The notes beneath the pieces were generated by a model, which did no database searches, had not been told where the DNA came from, and saw only the letters and a program-made list of their open reading frames with translations. DNA of 32,000 bases from Crocinitomix sp. Its GTDB lineage: Bacteria; Bacteroidota; Bacteroidia; Flavobacteriales_D; Crocinitomicaceae. This document shows, piece by piece, positions 9,382 through 17,513 of the stretch. The stretch's first letter is position 1, and each line of letters starts with the position of its first letter. The DNA lies in NCBI GenBank assembly GCA_047623705.1, contig JBLHOW010000002.1, forward strand, positions 30,991 to 62,990. Reading direction: 5' to 3'. The translations under genes were made by a program, and so were the position numbers.

Positions 9382-10601
9382 TAATTGAAAATGAATTTTT
9401 GCGTATTAAAAATTACCTTATTGTGCATGATATTCAAAAAGTAAATTCCATTTCCAAAATCAGACTTATAAATTTTTAATGCAGAGTTGAGTCCTTGGCT
9501 TTCAAAAATGACCCTACCAGTTATATCTGTAATTTGAACCGATAATTGGTTTTGTAATTCCGTTGGGATTTCCGCAGCTATAGTTATAACATCCGAAGAG
9601 GGGTTAGGGTAAAGATTGATCTGAACTTCGTTTAAAAAAGTTTCTTCAATTGAAGCTGTTGGCGCGAAAGCCCATAAATCTTTAAAATTTGTACCGTCTG
9701 TTCCCCCAGCAATATATGGAATGTCATCTATAACGAAAGTAACCGCATAACGTCTTTTGGCGCCACTAAAATCACCGATTTGTGTCCAAGTGTCCGCGTC
9801 AAAATCATACTCCCAAATGTCACGGAAATCATTTCCTAAATTATCGTTTCCAGTTCCAATATATCCTTTACCGTCAATCGCAAATGCCATTGCGTCTTGT
9901 CGAATTGGTCCACCCACGCTGGCTTTCACTGTCCAAATATTAGTTGATGGATCGTATTCATAAAAGTCACTCAATGCTAGGCCAATCATATGTCCGGTTC
10001 CAACATATCCTTTGGAGCCATTTGTAAAACTTACTGAAGCACTTCTAGGTTCTCCAGGAAATTCAGCTAATTCTATCCAAGCATCTGTTGTGGGATTGTA
10101 GGAGAAGAAATCAGTACGATATCCGTCATCTGATTGCCCCGTACCAAAATAACCTATACCATCAATTGTAAAGGCAGTTCCACCCCGCCTTTCAATAGCA
10201 GGTAAGTCTGCAACAGGGAACCATGTGTTTACTTCAGGTACATATTTCCACCAATCATTCGTATAAGAATGACTTCCATTTTCTCCACAACCTACATAGG
10301 CTGAATTACCAATGGTGAATGCACTAGAATGATAGCGCAAGCCACCACCAAAATTTGCAATTTGAGTCCATGAATTTGTTGCCGGATCATATTCCCAATA
10401 ATCTTGATAGGTTATCGCAGTTCCAGAATTAATATGCCCGCCACCATAATAGCCTTTATTTCCAATCTCAAATGCCGTACATCTGTGTCTGGCATCTCCA
10501 CCAATGTGTGCTTTTTGATGCCAGAACCTACTGACAGCGCTGGCTGTCTCTGGAAGAGCGGTTAAAGCTAAAAATAAGATGAAGCATTTAAGTAAATTCA
10601 T
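9381..10601 (-). CDS. Kelch-type six-bladed beta-propeller protein with T9SS CTD (406 aa)
   Basis: ATG at 10601; signal peptide ...PETASA. Six repeats of the form R..(a/s)(a/t)F(t/v)I(g/d)(n/g)kGY.G(t/g)G......D(f/w)W(e/k)Y(d/n)P.tn.W(t). The end INLYPNPSSDVITIAA...GIYFLNI fits the T9SS CTD. Confidence 0.85.
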   Translation of the reverse strand: MNLLKCFILFLALTALPETASAVSRFWHQKAHIGGDARHRCTAFEIGNKGYYGGGHINSGTAITYQDYWEYDPATNSWTQIANFGGGLRYHSSAFTIGNSAYVGCGENGSHSYTNDWWKYVPEVNTWFPVADLPAIERRGGTAFTIDGIGYFGTGQSDDGYRTDFFSYNPTTDAWIELAEFPGEPRSASVSFTNGSKGYVGTGHMIGLALSDFYEYDPSTNIWTVKASVGGPIRQDAMAFAIDGKGYIGTGNDNLGNDFRDIWEYDFDADTWTQIGDFSGAKRRYAVTFVIDDIPYIAGGTDGTNFKDLWAFAPTASIEETFLNEVQINLYPNPSSDVITIAAEIPTELQNQLSVQITDITGRVIFESQGLNSALKIYKSDFGNGIYFLNIMHNKVIFNTQKFIFN

Positions 10602-10728
10602 AATCTAATATGTGTTAATAAAAAACGTTTGTTTTAACAAATGGTTGGCTGCGAATTGACTAATTACCAAAGATATGAATTATTTTTAAATTTAATTAGT
10701 TCTAAATCGATTGAAAGTTAGATAGATC

Positions 10729-11355
10729 CTAGAATGCGTCTGTACAATAAATAAGAATGAATGTTTCAAACACAATTCTTGTAAAGGTGAACTCTTTAGT
10801 CGCAGGCCCAATTTGAACACTAACACGATTAGTAGCGCCAACTTCTAATACCTCAATGTCGCCTTTAAAAGTTAGACCTGCTATATCTAACAATTTATAC
10901 ACGGCTTCCTTAATGCTCCAAAGGGTGGTTAGGTTTTCTTCATTGTCTAAATCAAACCGATTTTTTTCTTTAAGCGATAAGAATTTGTCCTGTACGCGTC
11001 TAATTTTTGGGTTGAAATGCTCAATATCTAAACCAATCGGGTGTAAAACTGAATGAGATATAGCTACAGTTCTACTTGAGTGAGATATACTTATAAAGCC
11101 GTTTTCAATACACGGCCTGCCACTTTTCGTATATTTAATTGGTTGATGAACGGTGAAATCGCGCCATAAAACGCGCGTAAAATAGTATTCTAACTTGCGC
11201 TTTTTAGCACCAAAGCTATCAAAGCGTTCCCGCTCTTGCGTGCTGAGTCTTTGTAAATCAAGTGAATCAATAGGGCAGTCTTTATAATTCAAGACTTTAA
11301 CGCTTAATTCGCCATTTTCAATAATGTCATTAATTTCAAAATTCAATGCTTTCAA
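10729..11355 (-). CDS. 4'-phosphopantetheinyl transferase superfamily protein (Sfp-type)
   Basis: PIGLDIEHF (G-x-D-x-E Mg site) and LWSIKEAVYK (W-x-x-KE-x-x-K) are the two PPTase signature motifs. The start at 11355 is a TTG and there is no in-frame ATG upstream of the motifs, so the exact start is uncertain. Confidence 0.8.
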   Translation of the reverse strand: MKALNFEINDIIENGELSVKVLNYKDCPIDSLDLQRLSTQERERFDSFGAKKRKLEYYFTRVLWRDFTVHQPIKYTKSGRPCIENGFISISHSSRTVAISHSVLHPIGLDIEHFNPKIRRVQDKFLSLKEKNRFDLDNEENLTTLWSIKEAVYKLLDIAGLTFKGDIEVLEVGATNRVSVQIGPATKEFTFTRIVFETFILIYCTDAF

Positions 11356-11359
11356 TTTA

Positions 11360-11401
11360 GATGGTGCAAATTAGAAACTTGTTTTGTACTTTTGCACCAT
11401 C
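11360..11401. promoter_or_regulatory. 11-bp perfect inverted repeat in the PPTase/ahcY divergent intergenic region
   Basis: GATGGTGCAAA (11360-11370) and TTTGCACCATC (11391-11401) are exact reverse complements separated by 20 nt. The repeat lies between the two divergent start codons and overlaps the candidate -7 box. Confidence 0.5.
11387..11394 (+). promoter_or_regulatory. candidate Bacteroidota -7 promoter element for ahcY
   Basis: TACTTTTG matches the TAnnTTTG -7 consensus of Bacteroidota sigma-A promoters, 30 nt upstream of the ATG at 11424. I found no convincing -33 TTG at consensus spacing. Confidence 0.3.
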
Positions 11402-11423
11402 TTTTAAAGAAAAATTTAAAAAA

Positions 11424-12737
11424 ATGAGTAATACACAAGAACAAGTGAAGTATAAAGTTGCAGATATAAGTCTTGCAGACTGGGGAAGAAAAGAGATTAG
11501 ACTAGCTGAGGCTGAGATGCCTGGTTTAATGTCATTGAGAGAAGAGTTTGGTGAGTCAAAGCCACTTGCTGGTGCTAGAATAGCTGGATGTCTTCATATG
11601 ACAATTCAAACAGCTGTTTTAATTGAGACATTAACTGCTTTAGGAGCTGAAGTAACATGGTCTTCTTGTAATATTTTTTCAACTCAAGATCAAGCTGCAG
11701 CAGCTATTGCTGCAACTGGCGTACCAGTTTATGCTTGGAAAGGAATGAATGAAGAAGAATTTGATTGGTGTATAGAACAAACAATTAAAGGATTTGAAGG
11801 TGGAAAAGCGTTGAATTTAATTTTAGATGATGGTGGAGATTTAACCAATATGGTTTTTGATCGTTTTCCAGAATTAACTGATGGAATTAAAGGTTTGTCA
11901 GAAGAAACGACAACTGGTGTTCACCGTTTATATGAAAGAGTTAAAAATGGCACTTTAGTAATGCCTGCAATTAATGTAAACGATTCAGTAACTAAATCTA
12001 AATTTGATAACAAATACGGATGTAAAGAATCATTGGTTGATGCGATTCGTCGTGCAACTGATACAATGATGGCTGGTAAGGTTGCTCTTGTTGCAGGATA
12101 TGGAGATGTTGGAAAAGGATCTGCTGCTTCTTTGCAAGGTGCAGGTGCGCGAGTTATTGTTACTGAGATTGATCCAATTTGTGCGCTACAAGCTGCAATG
12201 GACGGTTTTGCTGTAAGAACAATGGAAAGTGCTGTTGGAGATGCTGATATTGTTGTGACAACAACTGGAAATAAAGATATTATCGTTGGACGTCACTTTG
12301 AGGCAATGAAGGATAAAGTAATCGTTTGTAATATCGGTCACTTTGATAATGAAATTGATGTTGCATGGTTAAATGACAATTTTGGTGATACTAAAATTGA
12401 AGTAAAACCACAAGTAGATATTTACAATGTAAATGGAAAAGATATCATTTTATTGGCTGAAGGTAGATTAGTGAATTTAGGATGTGCAACTGGACACCCT
12501 TCATTTGTAATGTCGAATTCATTCACAAATCAAACATTAGCACAATTAGAATTGTGGAACAATACTGATGCATATAAAAATGATGTTTATATGTTGCCAA
12601 AACACTTGGATGAAAAAGTTGCAAAACTTCACTTAGCTAAAATTGGAGTAGAATTAACTGAATTATCGAAAGATCAAGCTGACTATATCGGAGTAAATGT
12701 AGAAGGTCCTTACAAACCTGAACACTATCGTTATTAG
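11424..12737 (+). CDS. ahcY: adenosylhomocysteinase (S-adenosyl-L-homocysteine hydrolase)
   Basis: [54 protein letters not shown], the NAD-binding [18 protein letters not shown] and the C-terminal KPEHYRY are classic AhcY motifs. I prefer the ATG at 11424 over the track start at 11361, whose extra 21 residues are not AhcY-like. Confidence 0.97.
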   Translation: MSNTQEQVKYKVADISLADWGRKEIRLAEAEMPGLMSLREEFGESKPLAGARIAGCLHMTIQTAVLIETLTALGAEVTWSSCNIFSTQDQAAAAIAATGVPVYAWKGMNEEEFDWCIEQTIKGFEGGKALNLILDDGGDLTNMVFDRFPELTDGIKGLSEETTTGVHRLYERVKNGTLVMPAINVNDSVTKSKFDNKYGCKESLVDAIRRATDTMMAGKVALVAGYGDVGKGSAASLQGAGARVIVTEIDPICALQAAMDGFAVRTMESAVGDADIVVTTTGNKDIIVGRHFEAMKDKVIVCNIGHFDNEIDVAWLNDNFGDTKIEVKPQVDIYNVNGKDIILLAEGRLVNLGCATGHPSFVMSNSFTNQTLAQLELWNNTDAYKNDVYMLPKHLDEKVAKLHLAKIGVELTELSKDQADYIGVNVEGPYKPEHYRY

Positions 12738-12758
12738 TCGATAAAAGTTTTTGTAGAA

Positions 12759-12790
12759 AGCGAGAATCTTAACGGTTCTCGCTTTTTTTA
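12759..12790 (+). terminator. rho-independent terminator of ahcY
   Basis: AGCGAGAA (12759-12766) pairs with TTCTCGCT (12776-12783) and is followed by a T-run (through 12789), 22 nt after the ahcY stop. Confidence 0.8.
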
Positions 12791-12841
12791 TGCGTTAGAA
12801 TTAAAAATGTGAAATCAATTTGGCTTATTGATAAGCTGAGA

Positions 12842-13276
12842 TCAATTGTATACTGTTACCGTATAAGCGCCATCCCAATAAGCGTTGTAGCGTCTTAATC
12901 CATATTGTGCTGGTCCAACTAGAACAACGCCGCTTAGAATACTGTATGTAGAACCGGAGCAAGTGTCAACCAATTCAAATGGATTGTCTGCGTTTACTTC
13001 AACAACTGCGCATTCATTTTCCGAATCATAAGTGGAATGTCTGTCTAAAGCTACAAACTCGTCAAAGTTGCGGTAAATTACAATTCCACGTGATCCTCCA
13101 TTTACATAAGCAAATCCTCCCGGCGAATTTAATGCGGTATATGACGGTAAATCTAAGTTCAAGCTGAGGTTGACAGGCAGATTTGGGATGGGGTAATCTT
13201 TTTCTTTACAATTTGTTAGAAATAAACTTGTAAAAAGTAGTCCGAATAAAAAGTATCTTAAATATATTTGTTGCAT
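12842..13276 (-). CDS. small lipoprotein, possibly a degenerate Rieske-fold domain (144 aa)
   Basis: ATG at 13276 gives MQQIYLRYFLFGLLFTSLFLTNC, a signal peptide plus lipobox Cys. The C-terminal half (IVIYRN.DEFVALDRHSTY...LVDTCSGSTYSILSGVVLVGPAQYGLRRY....G.YTVTV) has the spacing of a Rieske domain but lacks a full Cys/His ligand set. The 45-codon upstream extension in the track looks spurious. Confidence 0.6.
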   Translation of the reverse strand: MQQIYLRYFLFGLLFTSLFLTNCKEKDYPIPNLPVNLSLNLDLPSYTALNSPGGFAYVNGGSRGIVIYRNFDEFVALDRHSTYDSENECAVVEVNADNPFELVDTCSGSTYSILSGVVLVGPAQYGLRRYNAYWDGAYTVTVYN

Positions 13277-13565
13277 GGAGAAACGATTGTATAAAACTAT
13301 AACGAAAATAATCATAATTATTGCATCAATCATTGTAGTTCCCCAAAATGGGTTTTTGCAGGACCGAGGAGCGAAGAGTGTTAAGTCAGGAGATAAGGGG
13401 AGTAAAGGCAAGCGCGTTAAGAGTACCTACAAGAAGCAAAAAAGAACACGAAAGAAACATTGGAAAAACCAAGACAAAGCAACGCGTAAAAGAATGAAAC
13501 GTGCAGCAAAAAACGCTAGAAGACGTCAAAAGGGGAAGCCCATGAAGAATAATAGACTGGTATAA
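13275..13565 (+). CDS. possible small membrane-anchored polybasic protein (96 aa)
   Basis: MEKRLYKTITKIIIIIASIIVV is a hydrophobic N-terminus. It is followed by a tail in which 27 of the last 56 residues are K/R (KGSKGKRVKSTYKKQKRTRKKHWKNQDKATRKRMKRAAKNARRRQKGKPMKNNRLV). I recognise no homologue, and its ATG overlaps the divergent lipoprotein ATG, so it may be non-coding. Confidence 0.35.
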   Translation: MEKRLYKTITKIIIIIASIIVVPQNGFLQDRGAKSVKSGDKGSKGKRVKSTYKKQKRTRKKHWKNQDKATRKRMKRAAKNARRRQKGKPMKNNRLV

Positions 13566-13738
13566 TTTGATTCAAATTGTTATCCATACAACTTTCATTT
13601 TCACAATTGTCAACGTAAATTTGTAAGTGGGTTTTAACCTATTACACTTTTGTCATTTAATTTTGGCTGTTGAATTATTAAATTGCCTATATTTACGGGC
13701 TATCGTATTTTAAGATTTTTTAACAAACACGCTTACTT

Positions 13739-16700
13739 ATGCTTAAAAAACTAAAATTATTACTTGCAATACTCTTTCTTTCAGTGAGTTCAAGTTTTGC
13801 TCAAACAGGTACCGGATCTATTAAAGGTACCGTAAAAGACAAAACTTCGGGTGAAGGCTTGCCATTTGTGAAAGTTGTTGCTTTCCAAGGTGGCCAACAA
13901 AAGGGTTATGCACAAACAGATTTTGATGGAAAATTTAAAATTTCATCTTTACCTCCAGGCGAATATGCTGTAGAGGTTCGTTTTGTTGGTTATACATCAA
14001 TTCGGAAAGAAGGAGTTTTGGTGAACTCTGATAAATTAACAAGCTTACCGCTTGAATTAGCCACTTCTGACGAAATGTTAGATGTTGTAGAGGTAACTTA
14101 TTATGAAGTTCCTTTAATTGATAAAGATGGTGGTGCTTCTGGAGCGGTTGTTACACGTGACGATATCTCTAAGATGCCAACGCGATCTGCTGCTGGTATT
14201 GCTGCCACAGTTGGTGGTGTTTATCAAGCTGAAGGAGATGGTGACCAGTTGAGTATTCGTGGGGCGCGATCAGATGCGACTTATTATTATATTGATGGTA
14301 TTAAGGTAAGGGGTTCTTCTTCATTACCAAAATCTGCAATACAAGAGGTTGCTGTAATTACTGGAGGGGTTCCTGCAAATTATGGTGATTTGACTGGTGG
14401 AATTATCTCAATTACAACACGTGGGCCTTCAGCCAAATATTTTGGATCAATTGAAGCAGTAACATCTGGCTTTTATTTTAATGGTCAGGATCCAATTGGA
14501 TATGACGGTAAAGTAATTGGTTTAGATAAATATGCCTACAACTTACTTGAAGGATTGATTTCTGGTCCTATCTTAATGAAGAGAGATTCTTCTGGAAGAC
14601 CAACAAAACCTCGTTTAGGGTTTTTCCTATCAGCTAACTATACAGACGTTATAGATAGCAGACCATTGTCTGGTGGTGGCGGATACCGTATCAAACAAGG
14701 AGTTAGAGATTCATTAATTGCAAATCCCTTACGTCCAACAGGACAAGAAGGTGGTGGAGCTTATTATAACGCAGATTTCTTAAGACATTCAAGTGATCCT
14801 GAATTATCGGATTTCGAACAAGTGCCTTGGAGAATGAACGCAAGAGGGACTTCTTTCTCAGCAGCTGGTAAGATTGATGTAAACGCAGGACCAAACATTA
14901 ACTTAACGTTTGGTGGTAACATGGCATATAACAATAGAACTAATTATAGTTATAGCAATTCATTATTCAATTTTGAGAATTTCGGAAAAGAACGAAGTAT
15001 TGATTGGAGAGTATATGGTAGGTTTACACAACGTTTTAATAATAATCAAGAAGGTTCATCTTCTAAAATTAAAAGTGCATACTATTCATTAATGGTAGAT
15101 TACTCTCAATCTCATAATAGACTTTGGGATGCGAATCACGAAGATCGTCTATTTAACTACGGACATGTAGGGAAATTTGAAACTTTCAGAGAAACAACGT
15201 ATGAATTCAACACAAACAGTGATAGTTTAGTTCATAACGGTTTCAGAGATACAATAGTAATATTTACGCCTTCTACGAATAACGCGGCATTCGCATCAAT
15301 CACAGAACAGTATTTCGATATTTATGCTGGAAATCCATTCGGTAATTATGAAAACCTTTTCCAAATTGAGCAAGGAAACGCACTAAGAAATGGTGATCTT
15401 CCCCAAAGTGTTTATGGAATTTGGAGCAACGTTGGTACTCCGTCTAACAATTATAGAACGAGACAAAGAGATCAATTCCGTATTACAGGTTCAGGTACAA
15501 TTAACTTAAATGACCATGCAATTTCATTAGGATTTGAGTACGAGCAAAGATGGGATAGATCATTCCAGTCTGCAAGACAGGGACCAATAGGACTTTGGAC
15601 AATTGCACGTCAGTACATGAATAGCCACATTGAGGAGTTAGATCAAAGCAAGTCTTCATTTGATTATTATGGAACTTTCCCAAGAATTACCTACGAGCGT
15701 TTAAATGCTTCTGAAGGTGAGTTTGGTGGACAAGAAAATGATGACGCACAGTATTTCTTTGATTATAACGTAAGAAATAAATTAGGACTTGATCCTGATG
15801 GAACTGATTATATCGATATTGATGCTTTGGATCCTGATTTCTTTACATTAGATATGTTTAGTGCAGATGAACTATTGAATTCAGGTAATAACTTCTTTAC
15901 TTGGTTTGGATATGATCACACTGGAGAAAAAGTTAAGGGGAATACAGATATCAATAAATACTTCAACGAATTCAATAGCGACCAAAACTACGCAAGAACG
16001 ATTGGTGCTTTCCAACCAATTTATATCTCTGGATATATAATGGATAAGTTTGCATTTGATGATATTATTTTCAATGTTGGTTTACGTGTAGATGTATTTG
16101 ATGCTAACCAACCAGTATTGAAAGATAAATACTTATTGTATGAAGCTAAGACTGTACAAGAAGTATCAGAATTTGATAACGGAACGGCGATTGAACATCC
16201 AGCTAATATGGGAGATGACTACGTAGTTTACGTGAATGATGTGGATAACCCAACTTCAATTAATGGATATAGAACAGGTGATACATGGTATGACGCTACA
16301 GGTGTTGAAGTATCGGATCCAACAGTATTAGAAGGTAGTAAAGGTATTGCACCTTGGTTACAAGATAATACGTTGACTACACCAAACGCTGATGCATTTG
16401 AAGATTATAAGCCGCAAATTAATGTAATGCCTAGGGTTGCGTTTTCATTCCCTATCTCAGATGAGGCATCTTTCTTTGCACATTATGACATCTTAACAAA
16501 ACGACCTACAACTGGAAATAGATTTGATCCAATTCAATATCAATTCTTACAAGATCGTAACCTAGTTGTGAATAACCCGAATTTAAAACCGGAAAAAACA
16601 ATTGATTACGAATTAGGTTTCCAACAAGTATTAACGAAAACTTCATCTTTAAAAATATCTGCTTTCTATAAAGAGCAAAGAGATCAAGTACAGTTAGTGA

Positions 16701-17479
16701 ATGTATTCTCAGCATATCCGAATACTTACCGTTCATATGGTAACAGAGATTTCGGAACGGTGAAAGGATTAACTGTTTCATACGACTTAAGAAGAACAAA
16801 GAACATTAGAATGACTGCTTCTTATACGCTTCAATTCGCAAATGGTACTGGTTCTGATGCCAATTCAGCACTTACTTTAGTGAACTCAGGTGAGCCGAAC
16901 TTAAGAACTATTTTCCCATACACTTATGATCAAAGACACGGTTTCAACGTTGTGTTTGATTATAGATACGGAGATGGTAAAGATTATAACGGACCGGTTA
17001 TCGGAGACTTTGGTGTATTAGAAAACACAGGGTTGAACGTTGTAACTCAAATTGGATCAGGTACACCTTACTCAGGATATAAGCAAGCAGCTGGTGAAGC
17101 ATTATTATCTGCTGGTTCTTCACAGTTAGATGGATCATTGAACGGTTCAAGAAAACCTTGGCAATACAGAGTTGATCTTCAATTGGACAGAAACATCATG
17201 TTAGAATTCGGAGATGATGAGAACAAGAAAAAATCAGCTTATTTGAATGTGTATGTACGTGTTACCAACATATTTAACATTGTAAACGTATTGAACGTTT
17301 ATAGAGCAACTGGTAACCCTGATGATGACGGTTATTTAGCGGCATCTCAATTCCAAGCATCTATCCAAAATCAATTGGATGAGCAATCTTTTAGAGATTT
17401 CTATGCGTTGAAGGTTCAAAACCCTTTCAACTTAGGAATTCCGAGAACGATTAGATTAGGTGTTAAATTTGACTTTTAA
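13739..17479 (+). CDS. oversized TonB-dependent-receptor-like outer membrane protein (CarboxypepD_reg domain + plug + large beta-barrel, 1246 aa)
   Basis: Signal peptide MLKKLKLLLAILFLSVSSSFAQ. GSIKGTVKDKTSGEGLPFVKVVAF...GKFKISSLPPGEYAVEVRFVGY resembles the carboxypeptidase-regulatory-like domain. VVTRDDISKMPTRSAAGIAATVGGV...LSIRGARSDATYYYIDGIKV resembles the plug. The remainder is long, alternating and Gly/aromatic-rich, and ends ...IRLGVKFDF (terminal Phe, an OMP signature). Confidence 0.85.
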   Translation: MLKKLKLLLAILFLSVSSSFAQTGTGSIKGTVKDKTSGEGLPFVKVVAFQGGQQKGYAQTDFDGKFKISSLPPGEYAVEVRFVGYTSIRKEGVLVNSDKLTSLPLELATSDEMLDVVEVTYYEVPLIDKDGGASGAVVTRDDISKMPTRSAAGIAATVGGVYQAEGDGDQLSIRGARSDATYYYIDGIKVRGSSSLPKSAIQEVAVITGGVPANYGDLTGGIISITTRGPSAKYFGSIEAVTSGFYFNGQDPIGYDGKVIGLDKYAYNLLEGLISGPILMKRDSSGRPTKPRLGFFLSANYTDVIDSRPLSGGGGYRIKQGVRDSLIANPLRPTGQEGGGAYYNADFLRHSSDPELSDFEQVPWRMNARGTSFSAAGKIDVNAGPNINLTFGGNMAYNNRTNYSYSNSLFNFENFGKERSIDWRVYGRFTQRFNNNQEGSSSKIKSAYYSLMVDYSQSHNRLWDANHEDRLFNYGHVGKFETFRETTYEFNTNSDSLVHNGFRDTIVIFTPSTNNAAFASITEQYFDIYAGNPFGNYENLFQIEQGNALRNGDLPQSVYGIWSNVGTPSNNYRTRQRDQFRITGSGTINLNDHAISLGFEYEQRWDRSFQSARQGPIGLWTIARQYMNSHIEELDQSKSSFDYYGTFPRITYERLNASEGEFGGQENDDAQYFFDYNVRNKLGLDPDGTDYIDIDALDPDFFTLDMFSADELLNSGNNFFTWFGYDHTGEKVKGNTDINKYFNEFNSDQNYARTIGAFQPIYISGYIMDKFAFDDIIFNVGLRVDVFDANQPVLKDKYLLYEAKTVQEVSEFDNGTAIEHPANMGDDYVVYVNDVDNPTSINGYRTGDTWYDATGVEVSDPTVLEGSKGIAPWLQDNTLTTPNADAFEDYKPQINVMPRVAFSFPISDEASFFAHYDILTKRPTTGNRFDPIQYQFLQDRNLVVNNPNLKPEKTIDYELGFQQVLTKTSSLKISAFYKEQRDQVQLVNVFSAYPNTYRSYGNRDFGTVKGLTVSYDLRRTKNIRMTASYTLQFANGTGSDANSALTLVNSGEPNLRTIFPYTYDQRHGFNVVFDYRYGDGKDYNGPVIGDFGVLENTGLNVVTQIGSGTPYSGYKQAAGEALLSAGSSQLDGSLNGSRKPWQYRVDLQLDRNIMLEFGDDENKKKSAYLNVYVRVTNIFNIVNVLNVYRATGNPDDDGYLAASQFQASIQNQLDEQSFRDFYALKVQNPFNLGIPRTIRLGVKFDF

Positions 17480-17513
17480 GAAGTTTTAAACGGAGAAGTT
17501 TAATAAAGAAATT

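Noticed and set aside
11361-11423. 21-codon N-terminal extension of ahcY from the ATG at 11361
   Set aside because: The extension ([21 protein letters not shown]) is not AhcY-like and overlaps the inverted repeat and promoter-like box. The Met at 11424 begins the conserved AhcY N-terminus.
11356-11423. SAH riboswitch upstream of ahcY
   Set aside because: The leader is only ~65 nt and contains a single simple hairpin. I see no pseudoknot-capable multi-stem architecture like the SAH element. A cmscan would settle it.
13277-13411. 45-codon upstream extension of the lipoprotein ORF (track start 13411)
   Set aside because: It would place an extra Ile-rich segment in front of a perfectly good signal peptide plus lipobox. 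The Ile-rich stretch is the mirror of the plus-strand ATT/ATC run.
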